IMG/VR virus record: IMGVR_UViG_3300049187_000016
Coordinates: 1-39,715 of that record
From: a virus
Lineage: Duplodnaviria; Caudoviricetes
Reading direction: 5' to 3' (one strand)
DNA: 39,715 nt
Part shown: positions 1-8,691 of the stretch, one piece after another
Layout of the letters: each line of letters begins with the position of its first letter
Numbering within the stretch: the stretch's first letter is position 1
The notes under the pieces: generated by a model
Databases searched by the model: none
Told to the model about the DNA's origin: nothing
The model's input: only the letters and a program-made list of their open reading frames with translations
Position numbers and translations under genes: made by a program

Positions 1-20
1 GGATGTGGCCGCCCGCGTCG
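1..20. repeat. Terminal direct repeat (circular assembly overlap), copy 1
   Basis: GGATGTGGCCGCCCGCGTCG is identical to 39694-39713; 21/22 identity if extended to the last base. Confidence 0.95.
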
Positions 21-1834
21 AAGAGACCCGCAATGAAGCCGCCAAGCCCACCGCCGCCGCCCGTGCCTTCCCAAAGCATCTTGAAGGCTTGGTTGAGGAA
101 CAGGTTGCCGAGCTGCCGGAGGAGGTCACCAATGGCCGACTCCAGATCCTTGGCCCCGGAGAGGACACCGACGAAGAAGCCCTGCGCCGCGCTTTCGATC
201 CCGCGCATCGTCTCGGAAACCAGCTTCTGCTTGGCCTCCAGTTCGGTCAGCTTCTCGACGAGGGCGGCAATCTCCTGGCCTTCCTTCGAGTAGATGTCGA
301 CCCCCGCGCGCTGCAGTTCCTGATGAAGCCGCCGAGCCTCATCGTTCATGCCGACCTGCTCGATCTCCGACTTCAGCTTGTCGACGACCTTCTGGATCGC
401 CTCGGCTTCCTTCTCGGCTGCGGCTGCCGACTCGCTGCGGCCGCCACCGCCTCCGCCGCCGCCGCCTCCGCCGGTGTTGAGCCACGGCTGGTCAGGCATG
501 ACGGTACGCGACCCGGCAACGGTCTCGCGCTGTCCGCCGCGGCCATCGTCTCCGGTGGCCGCCAGTCGGCCGGGCGCTACAGCAGCGGCCTTTGCCTGGG
601 CCATCTCCCACATTTTGCCGACGAGCGCGGAGACTTGCCCGTACGCACCGGCGGCGGCCGACCCAATCCCGCCAACCGCGCGAGCCGCGCTGTCAGCCGC
701 AGAGATCGCAGAGTTCAGGAGGTCGAGAATGCCCTTTATCTCAACGCCAGCTGCGGCAGCGCGCTCGGTGATTGAAGCTGTTGCGGTGGCGACAGCCTGA
801 GCGGCCGGCGGCATAGCTTCGAATGATCCATAGACCTCGATCAGCGCTCGGTTCAGCTCATCAGCAGCGGCGGCCTGATTTTGCAGACCCACTGCGCTGT
901 CCAAATTCTCCATCAGAACGCGGATTCGCTCTGCGTCTTCGCCCACGAGTTGGAACTTTGACGACAGATAGGCGAAGCCCTCGGTCCCTTCCGTGATGAA
1001 GCCTGTCATCGCGTCAGAGGTCGCAGCCACCGCTTCCTGGAACCCGTAAGCGTTCTCGAGCGCCTTGCTGATCTCGTCCGTGATGGCCTTTTCTGCGGCC
1101 AGCCGCGCCGACTCCGCGAGGATGACGTTCGCGCGCTGAACCTCATCGGCGAACGCGCCATAGTCCTTGGCCATCTCCGCCACGCCCACCCGTGTAGCGG
1201 CTACCGCGTCCTTAAATGCCTGAACTGCCGCTGCCGATTCCTCCTGAGCGTCAGCCAGGCTGCGGACCTTCTCCTCGGCCTCTTCCGAAGCCGTTGCCCA
1301 GTTCACCACGGCAGAGGTCAGGCCGATGACCGCCATCACGCCCAGGTTCATCGGGCTGAGCAGCCCCATGAATGCGGCGCCCAACGACCGGACGGCCGCG
1401 CCCGCACCCATCGGACCAAGGGCTTGGCTTACCTGCGAGCCTTGCTGCACCATCAGGGTGAGCGGATTTTGCCCGGCCTGCAGCATCATGCCGATATCGA
1501 AGAACTGCGCCGTCAGGTTGCTGACCGAACCGGCGGCGATCGTATTCCCGTGCGCCGCGGCCATGGCGCTGCGTTCGAGTTCCATCAGGCCAGTGGCGGC
1601 TCGCTTGACCGCGACCTCCGCGCCCTTCGCCTCCGTCTCGATCCCATCCAGCGCAGCTTTGGCTTGGGTTCCTGCGGCCTGAACCGCCGTCCCCATCGTC
1701 TTGGAGCTGGCGCCCATCTTCTTGACGGCGGCGTCGGCCTTCCCGGCCTTTGCGATGATGGCATCCATCGCAGGTTCGGCCTTCTTGAGGCCATCCGTCC
1801 GCGCGGAAAGAACGAGTTCGGCGAAATCTGCCAC
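1..1834 (-). CDS. Tail tape measure protein, N-terminal part (continues at 39693-39377; ~716 aa total)
   Basis: Absent from the ORF track, presumably because it runs off the edge. GTG start at 1834 after GGGAGAG SD; reads MADFAELVLSARTDGLKKAE...NLTAQFFDIGMMLQAGQNPLTLMVQQGSQV (lambda-H-like N-terminal motif). Ala-rich; joins in frame ...LFDAGGHIP-AGQVGVVAEKRPE. Frame spot-checked, not read codon by codon throughout. Confidence 0.9.
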   Translation of the reverse strand, partial: MADFAELVLSARTDGLKKAEPAMDAIIAKAGKADAAVKKMGASSKTMGTAVQAAGTQAKAALDGIETEAKGAEVAVKRAATGLMELERSAMAAAHGNTIAAGSVSNLTAQFFDIGMMLQAGQNPLTLMVQQGSQVSQALGPMGAGAAVRSLGAAFMGLLSPMNLGVMAVIGLTSAVVNWATASEEAEEKVRSLADAQEESAAAVQAFKDAVAATRVGVAEMAKDYGAFADEVQRANVILAESARLAAEKAITDEISKALENAYGFQEAVAATSDAMTGFITEGTEGFAYLSSKFQLVGEDAERIRVLMENLDSAVGLQNQAAAADELNRALIEVYGSFEAMPPAAQAVATATASITERAAAAGVEIKGILDLLNSAISAADSAARAVGGIGSAAAGAYGQVSALVGKMWEMAQAKAAAVAPGRLAATGDDGRGGQRETVAGSRTVMPDQPWLNTGGGGGGGGGGGRSESAAAAEKEAEAIQKVVDKLKSEIEQVGMNDEARRLHQELQRAGVDIYSKEGQEIAALVEKLTELEAKQKLVSETMRGIESAAQGFFVGVLSGAKDLESAIGDLLRQLGNLFLNQAFKMLWEGTGGGGGLGGFIAGLFDAGGHI

Positions 1835-1845
1835 CTATTCTCTCC

Positions 1846-2430
1846 CTATGCCGACTGAGCCAAATGCGGCCAGCGCTTCCCGGCCCGAATGTCGTAGGCG
1901 TGTGCGAGGCAGATGCCGTGCGCTTCGGCGAGTTCCGCCACGGGCCGCGAAGCTGAGCGGATTGCCTGCACATCGGCGGCCGTCAGGCGCGCCTGGTGGT
2001 TCGCTTCACCAAGCAGCGCGGTGCCATGCAGCCGCTTGTCCATGTGGTTCTCAGACCGCGTTGCCCACCGAAGGTGGCGAGGATTGACACAACCCTCATG
2101 GCCCTTGCCGCAAGAATGCGCCGCCTCATGGCTCGGGGTCGGAGGCTCCCCGTGCGCCAGGATGCACATGACTCGCGAGGCGTTTTGCATCTGGCCTTGG
2201 AAGTCGGTCACGCCGTACCCCTTGGGCGTCTTCGCCTTGAAGGGCCACGTCAGGCACTCGTCGCCACCGAAGCCCGCCATGCTTTGAAGCCAAGCAAGGT
2301 GCGACCCGGACGGCGCGCGGCGGTGCGGCTCATCGGCTCGTCCATACCGCCATTGCCGGTGGTAGTGAGCAGAGCAAAGGCCCTTGCAGAAGGCGGCGCA
2401 GTTGCACCCCTCCATTTGACAGTCAGCCAT
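1846..2430 (-). CDS. Free-standing HNH/His-Cys-type endonuclease
   Basis: N-terminal Cys-rich CQMEGC...KGLCSAHYHR; CLTWPF...GYG...ASRVMC...HEAAHSCGKGHEGCVNPRHLRWATRSEN His-Me motif; C-terminal HTH-like segment. Confidence 0.85.
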   Translation of the reverse strand: MADCQMEGCNCAAFCKGLCSAHYHRQWRYGRADEPHRRAPSGSHLAWLQSMAGFGGDECLTWPFKAKTPKGYGVTDFQGQMQNASRVMCILAHGEPPTPSHEAAHSCGKGHEGCVNPRHLRWATRSENHMDKRLHGTALLGEANHQARLTAADVQAIRSASRPVAELAEAHGICLAHAYDIRAGKRWPHLAQSA

Positions 2431-2791
2431 GCGGTCTCTCCATCGGCGCGATGCGGAGTGCATCGGCGGCCTTCTGGTTCTCGGTGACGTAGGCCCAGGA
2501 CATGTCGAACAGGGCCTGCGCTTCCCAGCCGGTCGTGATCCGTCCGGTCGCCCGGGCGAATGCGTCGATTTCCACCCACGTCTGCGGGGTCAGGCCCTCG
2601 AAGCCCTGCCGCGCGAAGCGGAGGCCGTGGAAGGCTTCGACGAGGTAGGCCAGCGGCCCAACCTCCGGCATTTGAGGGGTGATCCCGGCTTCCGCGTGAC
2701 GCTCTAGCCGGGTCTTTTCGTCCTTCCCGGCCTTGGCATGGAGCCAGCCGAGTTGCCGCGCCCAGAGCGTCAGGGCGCGGGTGCGTTTCCC
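2423..2791 (-). CDS. Tail assembly chaperone, frameshift extension (gpT-like part of G-T fusion)
   Basis: The -1 frame is open from the GGGAAAC slippery site through KRTRALTLWARQLGWLHAK...LTPQTWVEIDAFARATGR...EAQALFDMSWAYV to the stop at 2423. Confidence 0.8.
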   Translation of the reverse strand, partial: GKRTRALTLWARQLGWLHAKAGKDEKTRLERHAEAGITPQMPEVGPLAYLVEAFHGLRFARQGFEGLTPQTWVEIDAFARATGRITTGWEAQALFDMSWAYVTENQKAADALRIAPMERPHG

Positions 2792-3228
2792 AGTTGCTCC
2801 CGGGCCTCGGCGATCCGGTCGTTGATCTGCTTGGCGAAGGTCTTGTTCGCGATGCGGTACTCTTCGCCAACCTTCTCAATGCGCGGGAAGTTCAGGGACA
2901 GGAACCACGCCGCATCTGCCTCGGTCGCCGGCCGGTCGCCCCGGTTCACGTTCTCGAACCCGGCGATGTAGGGCAGGGCCACCTCGACGCTGTAGTCGTG
3001 GATTTCCGCCAGCGACTTCTGCGCCGCATCCTCGGCCGTCATCACGCCGGCGCGGAACCGGGCGGCCTCGGCCTTGGTGACGCTGGGGGCAGTCGGGCCG
3101 CGCACCAGGACCATGCAGGTCAGGCCGGAATCCGGGTCCACCACCGGCTCGCCGGTCTCGGGATGGAGGATCGGGAACGGGACGCCAGCTTCGTCCCGCC
3201 CCCGCTGGTCGAACTTGGAGAAATCCAT
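2770..3228 (-). CDS. Tail assembly chaperone (gpG-like)
   Basis: Lies directly after the tail tube gene; ILHPETGEP...VRGP motif; ends ...QLGNAPAP with the slippery site. Confidence 0.8.
   Translation of the reverse strand: MDFSKFDQRGRDEAGVPFPILHPETGEPVVDPDSGLTCMVLVRGPTAPSVTKAEAARFRAGVMTAEDAAQKSLAEIHDYSVEVALPYIAGFENVNRGDRPATEADAAWFLSLNFPRIEKVGEEYRIANKTFAKQINDRIAEAREQLGNAPAP
2785..2791 (-). other. Programmed -1 ribosomal frameshift site G GGA AAC
   Basis: X XXY YYZ heptamer in the correct phase, a few codons before the chaperone stop, at the position of the lambda G/T site. Confidence 0.85.
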
Positions 3229-3683
3229 CAGGTCGGGGCCGCCGCGCGGACGTGCTCGTAGTTCTGACGGAAGGCGACGGTGAAGCCCATGTAGGACTCG
3301 GTGTCGCCCGGGTTGTCGGCCAGGTTGTAGGACAGCCCTGACATGTAGATGTGCGTCGTGGTGCCGACCGGCTCAACCACCTTCACCGAATGCTCGGAGA
3401 CGTAGGAGGGCGCGGCATAGCTGCGCAGGTTCGTCTGGCCCGTGTCGCCCGACACTCGCCGGAAGGACATTTCCGACTCGCGGCCGGCCGAGGCCCCCTT
3501 GTCCGCCTTGGTGATGCCGGTGGTCAGGTCGGGCACGTCAATCATGGACGTCCCCCAGCCCGGAACCGGGGCCACGACGCAGCCCGTGACTTCCGTCCAG
3601 GTCAGCGCCTCATAACCCGCCTTGTCGAAGGTGGCGGGCACACCCGGCGCGACGTAAACGCGCGAGCCGATGTAGCTGGTCAT
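3228..3683 (-). CDS. Major tail tube protein
   Basis: 151 aa; PATFDKAGYEALTWTEV...DTGQ motif typical of siphophage tail tubes; synteny. Confidence 0.85.
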   Translation of the reverse strand: MTSYIGSRVYVAPGVPATFDKAGYEALTWTEVTGCVVAPVPGWGTSMIDVPDLTTGITKADKGASAGRESEMSFRRVSGDTGQTNLRSYAAPSYVSEHSVKVVEPVGTTTHIYMSGLSYNLADNPGDTESYMGFTVAFRQNYEHVRAAAPT

Positions 3684-3820
3684 TCTTCAGTCTCCTTCGC
3701 TGCGGGCTGCACCTGCCAGCCCTGTTCGATCCACTTCTCGAGGTCCGCCCGGCGCGGGTGGGCCTCGGCCTGGTAGCCCGGGTGCCAGACCCGGACCTTT
3801 TCTTCCGCCTTCTTGGTCAT
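3680..3820 (-). CDS. Small hypothetical protein (46 aa)
   Basis: MTKKAEEKVRVWHPGYQAEAHPRRADLEKWIEQGWQVQPAAKETEE; ATGA overlaps with both neighbours. Confidence 0.7.
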   Translation of the reverse strand: MTKKAEEKVRVWHPGYQAEAHPRRADLEKWIEQGWQVQPAAKETEE

Positions 3821-4215
3821 TGCTCTTCCGCCTCGTAATCAATCCGCACCGGCACCCGCCAATCGGGGCCGTCCCGGAAGCCCTGCCCGATGGCGGGCGG
3901 TTTGGTGATCAGGACCGTGCCGCCCGTGATGGTCAGCCGCTCGCCCTTGGGGAATGCAGCGGCTATCTCGTCAGCGATGCGCAGCGCCGGGTTGGCGAAG
4001 ATGCCCGCCTCGGTCACCACGGTGGCCTGCAGGAACCCGCGCGATATCTTGACGCCGCCGGTGAGGGTGTCGTCGGTGGTGCTGACCCGGACGACTTCGG
4101 CCGCGACGTATGGGTTCGCGGGCAGGCCGTCGCGGTTCTCGAAGATCACCGTGGTCGATGGCAGCACCGCCACGAGCTGCTGCCCGAGGGCGTCGCTGAT
4201 GTCCTCTTCGGTCAC
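3817..4215 (-). CDS. Tail terminator/completion protein
   Basis: 132 aa; FEN...GFLQATV...ADEIAAAFPKG...WRVPVRIDY pattern; position before the tail tube. Confidence 0.75.
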   Translation of the reverse strand: MTEEDISDALGQQLVAVLPSTTVIFENRDGLPANPYVAAEVVRVSTTDDTLTGGVKISRGFLQATVVTEAGIFANPALRIADEIAAAFPKGERLTITGGTVLITKPPAIGQGFRDGPDWRVPVRIDYEAEEQ

Positions 4216-4658
4216 GACTGCACCTCCTTCACGCGGGACGCGACGAACTCACTGAACCGCGCCGCGTTCTTGCCGACGAAGTGCCGCCCCGGCTGGTTGT
4301 AGGACCGCCCCAGCGAGTCCGTGCCCCTGAACCCCGCCTCGATCCGCAGCGCGTAGGGCATGGTCCAGGCGAAGGTCAGCCGGTCCCCGATCTGCATTCC
4401 GGCGATGGCCGTGGTGTAGGACAGCGCGCCCTTTGACCCGCCGCCCGAACCCTTGCCCGAGGTCAGGCTGTTGATCAGCGCCGACGTGTCGACCGGTATC
4501 CGACCCTCGATGAACGTCCCGCCCGTGCGCTTGGCGCTCGGCTGCGGCGTCTGCGCCGCCTCCATCACGTCCTGAATGGCGTTGACCGCCACGTACCGCA
4601 TCTTCTTCAGCGTGCGGCCTTTGAAGTCGGCCACTTGCGCGGCGAAGGTCTTGGTCAC
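4212..4658 (-). CDS. HK97 gp10-like neck/tail completion protein
   Basis: IPVDTSALINS...PYALRIEAG...PGRHFV motifs; GTG start overlapping the upstream stop. Confidence 0.75.
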   Translation of the reverse strand: MTKTFAAQVADFKGRTLKKMRYVAVNAIQDVMEAAQTPQPSAKRTGGTFIEGRIPVDTSALINSLTSGKGSGGGSKGALSYTTAIAGMQIGDRLTFAWTMPYALRIEAGFRGTDSLGRSYNQPGRHFVGKNAARFSEFVASRVKEVQS

Positions 4659-5641
4659 TTCTCCACCTGCACCCGATAGATCGCAATGCACCGGCAGCCG
4701 ATCACGTGCCGCGCCGGGGCCGTTTCGTCGTGCGGGTAGCGCATGGCGGTTCCGTCAGGGAAAACGAACGACTGCCCGATCTGCAGCACCGTCCCGTTCA
4801 TGGCCACATGGTCCACCCGCGGGACTGCCGACAGGTTGTGCTGCCAGCGGACGCTGATGCCCGTGACGCCCGGCATCGCCAGCATCTGCCGGTAAGCCTG
4901 ATCGCGCCCCGCCGAAGCCGCCTTCAGCGTTTCCACCTGCGCGATGATCTTGCCCCGGTAGCCCAGGGCCTTCGCCTTGTGCGCCGCGAGGATGCGGTCG
5001 AGGTCCGCCGCCTTGATCGGCTTGCCCTCGCGGATGGCCTTGCGGATCATCGCGTCGAAGCGGCGGTCCCGCAGTTTCAGCGTCAGGTACTCCCGCATCC
5101 GCGCGGGGTCGCCCGATGCCAGCGCTGACCGCGCCTTGGTGATGCTCTGCGCCTGAGGCCCTGTCAGGCCGACGAAGCCGCCGACCCGCGTCTCCCCTTG
5201 CCTGCGGCCTGCAATGTCCAGCGCGACCGACCGAGGGGACCGGCTTTCCTCAAGCCCGGCCAGCACCGCCGTACGCACCGCATCCCGGCTTTCCTCGGTG
5301 ATCCGCGTCACCAGCTGCGCGCCGCTTTCCCGGATCCAGCGTTCGGCCTCCGGGTGCCTGCCGTCGAAGCTGAAGACGCCCACGACTCCGCGCCGGTTGC
5401 GCCCCACAAGGGCGGCCGACCCGAAGAAGACCCCGCGGAGCATCTCGCCCAGCGGGAACAATTCGCGCCCCTCGATGTTGGCAATCCGTTCGGCGGCTTC
5501 CACGTCGCCACGGGCCAGGGCATCGGCCAATGCCTGCACGTCGATCCTTGCCGCATGTCGCTGCAGGGCCCGCTCGAACTCGGCCCGAACCTTGGGCTCC
5601 AGATCGGCCAGAAGGCGGGCTAGATCGACGCGCTCGTTCAT
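4655..5641 (-). CDS. Head morphogenesis/minor head protein (Mu F / SPP1 gp7-like)
   Basis: C-terminal RVDHVAMNG...F.FPDG..MRYPHD...HVIGCRCI motif. Confidence 0.85.
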   Translation of the reverse strand: MNERVDLARLLADLEPKVRAEFERALQRHAARIDVQALADALARGDVEAAERIANIEGRELFPLGEMLRGVFFGSAALVGRNRRGVVGVFSFDGRHPEAERWIRESGAQLVTRITEESRDAVRTAVLAGLEESRSPRSVALDIAGRRQGETRVGGFVGLTGPQAQSITKARSALASGDPARMREYLTLKLRDRRFDAMIRKAIREGKPIKAADLDRILAAHKAKALGYRGKIIAQVETLKAASAGRDQAYRQMLAMPGVTGISVRWQHNLSAVPRVDHVAMNGTVLQIGQSFVFPDGTAMRYPHDETAPARHVIGCRCIAIYRVQVEK

Positions 5642-6015
5642 CCCTCCAGCATCGCCTTGTAGAGCACCGGAACACCGCCCGGAGCCACGACCTCGACCTC
5701 ACCGATGCGCGCCCAAGCGGTGTCATCCGTAACGTCAGCCGGGGCGATACCCACCGCCACCTTGTCGCCCTTTGCCGGGACGGTTCCCGTCGGGTCGATC
5801 AGCAGCATCCGCATGGTGCTTTCGGTCATGGCGAGGCCGTCGCGCACCCGGCGCTTGGTCTGCACCACGTTGATCTGCGACAGCGCCACGGTGTCGGCCT
5901 CTGCCTCCCACGGGGTCTCCGGCCCGTCGGTGCGCTTGCGGAGCGTGGCGATGGTTCCGGCCTCGGCCAGACCGCTCGCCACGTCGGCTGCGACGCTGGA
6001 CCAGTCCTCAGCCAT
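5638..6015 (-). CDS. Head closure (stopper) protein
   Basis: 125 aa, beta-rich; P.KGDKV and VAPGGVPVLYK motifs; synteny. Confidence 0.65.
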   Translation of the reverse strand: MAEDWSSVAADVASGLAEAGTIATLRKRTDGPETPWEAEADTVALSQINVVQTKRRVRDGLAMTESTMRMLLIDPTGTVPAKGDKVAVGIAPADVTDDTAWARIGEVEVVAPGGVPVLYKAMLEG

Positions 6016-6211
6016 TGCGGTTTCCCTTCACCGACAGGTCAAAGCCGATCTTGTTGCGTGGCAGCGGAACCCGCAGGGGCTCGCCATCCGGCCCGAGAAG
6101 GGCGCTGACGCGGAACGGGTGGCTGGTCTCGATGTCCCAACCGCCGCACTGCCCGTCCCAGCCTTCCGGGAACCCGTCCCAGCACTCGGTCCAGGCCGCG
6201 CGCGGCTTCAT
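6008..6211 (-). CDS. Small hypothetical protein (67 aa)
   Basis: MKPRAAWTECWDG...LLGPDGEPLRVP...IGFDL; overlaps both neighbours (ATGA, ATGGCTGA). Confidence 0.6.
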   Translation of the reverse strand: MKPRAAWTECWDGFPEGWDGQCGGWDIETSHPFRVSALLGPDGEPLRVPLPRNKIGFDLSVKGNRNG

Positions 6212-6726
6212 GCCCGTTCCACCATCCGCGTCGCCGAGCCGCCGCCAGCCAGAAGCCCCGCGATCCGGTCCATTGCAGCCGTGACCGTGGCCCGCTGTGC
6301 CTCGACGGTGTTGGCGGTCTTCTGGACCTCCCAGCGCAGCGAATCCACGCCGACCAGCACCTTCTGCCCGCCCAGCGTCACGTCTGGCGAGAGCGTTCCC
6401 GGCGAGGCCAGTTCCGCCCGCGTCAGGGCATGCTGCGCGTCGATCACCTCGGCGGGGATCTCCGCCTCTGCGATCTCGTTGCCTTCGCCGTCCACAGCGT
6501 CCTGCCGGGGCCACGCCAGCGCCTGCGACCGGCCATTGGCGCGGCTGCCGACCCAGCGCAGGCCATCCAGGAAGGCCACACCCCGGCGAATGGCGGCCTC
6601 GATGGCGGCTTCGGCGGCCGTCGGCGCAGTGCCCCAGTGCGCCGTGTGCCAGGCGATGTAGGCGTCAGCGTCGGCGTAGGCTTCGGTGTCAGCTGCGCCG
6701 GAGCCGGTTTCGATGGTGAGTGCCAT
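6208..6726 (-). CDS. Head-tail adaptor (family often annotated DnaT-like ssDNA-binding protein)
   Basis: MALTIETGSG...QALAWPR...IPAEVIDAQ motif; follows the capsid gene. Confidence 0.8.
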   Translation of the reverse strand: MALTIETGSGAADTEAYADADAYIAWHTAHWGTAPTAAEAAIEAAIRRGVAFLDGLRWVGSRANGRSQALAWPRQDAVDGEGNEIAEAEIPAEVIDAQHALTRAELASPGTLSPDVTLGGQKVLVGVDSLRWEVQKTANTVEAQRATVTAAMDRIAGLLAGGGSATRMVERA

Positions 6727-6744
6727 TGGCGAACCTCTGATCTT

Positions 6745-6773
6745 GAGAAAGGGGGCGAGAAGCCCGCCCCCTC
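6745..6773 (-). terminator. Probable intrinsic terminator after the major capsid gene
   Basis: Minus strand GGGGCG-GGCTTCT-CGCCCC followed by CTTTCT. Confidence 0.55.
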
Positions 6774-6780
6774 AGAAAGA

Positions 6781-7947
6781 TCAGCCCAGCAGGGTTGCGA
6801 TGTGCGCGCCGTTCGGAGCGCCGACGCCCCAAGCCATCGCGACCTCGTACTTCACCTGGCGGTACTGGCGGTAGACCGAGACCTCGAAGGACAGGCCGGA
6901 AACCGGGTCCGTCAGGGTCATGCGGTCGTCGGCCGAGTCGCCACCGTTCGGCAGGGCGGGCGCACGGGTCGCCAGCACAAGGGCGTTGCGGTCGAAGGCG
7001 AAGTTGCCGGTGTAGCTGTTGCCGATGGTCATCCCGTTGTTGTCCGGGAGGGCCGTCAGCAGACCGGGCTTGCCGATCACGATGTCACCCGAGGTGGCGA
7101 CGAGGCCGGTGGTGACCACGTACTTGTTGGTCGAGTCTGCCGCGAAGGTCACCACGTCGCCGGCGAGAATGCCGGTGGTGTTCACGGTGATGGTGTCCAG
7201 CGTCAGCGTGGTCTGACCCACCGCCTCACCCGAGGCGTTGTTGATCAGAGCGCCGGTCGCCGCACCCTTCGTGTGCTGGGTGATGCCTGCCGAGTTGCGG
7301 AGCGCGAAGCCCTGCAGGCGGTCGGTCATGCCGTCACGCAGCATGTCGGCCGATCCGGCTTCGTTCACCTTGAACAGCACCGACTGCTTGCCGCGCAGGT
7401 TCGCCATCGCCGCCGAGTTCAGGACCAGTTGCAGGTCCGTGGTCGGCGAACCGTTGTCCTCAAGGATCTTGCGGATTTGGGCAATGTCCGAGAGGTCGGA
7501 AGCGGTGCCGAACGGCGCGGTGCCGGCGGTGCCATAGGCGCGCGAGGCGTTGGTCTTGGCCGCGGCTGCGAGGTCAACCTCGATGGCGTTGGTCAGCTTC
7601 CGCATCGCGTCGACGAACTGGTCGCGGAGGATCGTGTTGATCTGCCCGGTCGCGCCCACCGCCAGCTGCTCCTCGCCGTTCCAGCGAACTGGGGCGGCCT
7701 TGGATTTGCTGATGGTGATGTCGGTGTAGGTGACCGTGGTGTCGCCCGAATCCGCGGGGTTCACGCCAGGGGTCACGTCCTCCAGCGCGCCAGCGACGCC
7801 GATAGGCGAGCGGACGGTCTGGTTCAGAGCGGCGCGCGTGGCGGCGGTGTCACGGCGAACGGCGGGGATGAAGCCCACCATTTCGCGGGAGACGACGTTC
7901 AGCGCGTCGTAGAGGGTCGGGATGATCCCGGTGAGGGTATTTGCCAT
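6781..7947 (-). CDS. Major capsid protein (P22 coat-like, HK97 fold)
   Basis: MANTLTGIIP...VVSREMVGFIPAV...NAIEVDLA...FAFDRNALVLATRAP...DPVSGLSFEV.VYRQY..V.YEV..AWGV; follows the scaffold gene. Confidence 0.92.
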   Translation of the reverse strand: MANTLTGIIPTLYDALNVVSREMVGFIPAVRRDTAATRAALNQTVRSPIGVAGALEDVTPGVNPADSGDTTVTYTDITISKSKAAPVRWNGEEQLAVGATGQINTILRDQFVDAMRKLTNAIEVDLAAAAKTNASRAYGTAGTAPFGTASDLSDIAQIRKILEDNGSPTTDLQLVLNSAAMANLRGKQSVLFKVNEAGSADMLRDGMTDRLQGFALRNSAGITQHTKGAATGALINNASGEAVGQTTLTLDTITVNTTGILAGDVVTFAADSTNKYVVTTGLVATSGDIVIGKPGLLTALPDNNGMTIGNSYTGNFAFDRNALVLATRAPALPNGGDSADDRMTLTDPVSGLSFEVSVYRQYRQVKYEVAMAWGVGAPNGAHIATLLG

Positions 7948-8008
7948 CGTTCATTCTCCGTTCGATGGGGTTTCAGGGAATGCCAGCCCCCATCGGAGGG
8001 CGAGGCGA

Positions 8009-8686
8009 TCAGTCGACCAGCGTCACCTTGTCGGTGACGATTGCCTTCTGTTGCGCGGCGGGGTCGAGCTTCTCGAAATCGCTGCGCTTCATGGTCGTGC
8101 CGGTGCGGGTCTGGTCAGTCCCGCCCGCTCCGCCACCCTTCGGCGGCGTCACGAAGTCCTTGCCTTCGCTCGCGGCCCATCCCTTCACGAAGTCGCCCAG
8201 CACCTTCGGACCCATGCCGGTCTCGACATAGGCCGAGCCGTCCTCGCCCAACTTCACCATGCCCGAGAGCATGGCTTGCGCGGCTTTGAGGAAGGTGGGG
8301 CTGGTGATCCCGGCCGACTGCAGGGCGCCGGTCAGCGCCTGGTCGCGGGTCACGCCGGTGTACTTCGTCTGCCACTCCCCGGCCTTGGCGTTGGCCGCGT
8401 CCAGCTGCTCCTGCAACTGGGTGATCTTGGCCTGGGTCGCCGCCGTGTCGGGGGCGCCTTTCCTCAGTTCCTCGATCTGCGCCTTCAGCGTGGCGGCTTC
8501 CTGCTTCGCCGATTCCTTGTCCGCTTTGGTGCGGGAATAGGCGTTCTTCAAGTTGGCCACGTCGGGGTGGTCGTCCACACCTTCAACCTGCAAGACGAAC
8601 TTGCCATCGGCTTCGGCGTAGAAGGGTTTCACAGCGTCATCGACGCCATCAAGGGTCTCCAGCAAGGCTTTAAGTGCCATCGGCAC
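8009..8686 (-). CDS. Capsid scaffolding protein
   Basis: MALK..LETLDGV...FY.E.DGKFVLQVEG, coiled coil, C-terminal GGGAGG linker; upstream of the capsid gene. Confidence 0.8.
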   Translation of the reverse strand: MPMALKALLETLDGVDDAVKPFYAEADGKFVLQVEGVDDHPDVANLKNAYSRTKADKESAKQEAATLKAQIEELRKGAPDTAATQAKITQLQEQLDAANAKAGEWQTKYTGVTRDQALTGALQSAGITSPTFLKAAQAMLSGMVKLGEDGSAYVETGMGPKVLGDFVKGWAASEGKDFVTPPKGGGAGGTDQTRTGTTMKRSDFEKLDPAAQQKAIVTDKVTLVD

Positions 8687-8691
8687 GGCTC

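Noticed and set aside
430-480. GCC-rich repeat resembling a microsatellite
   Set aside because: It encodes a poly-Gly linker in the tape measure on the minus strand.
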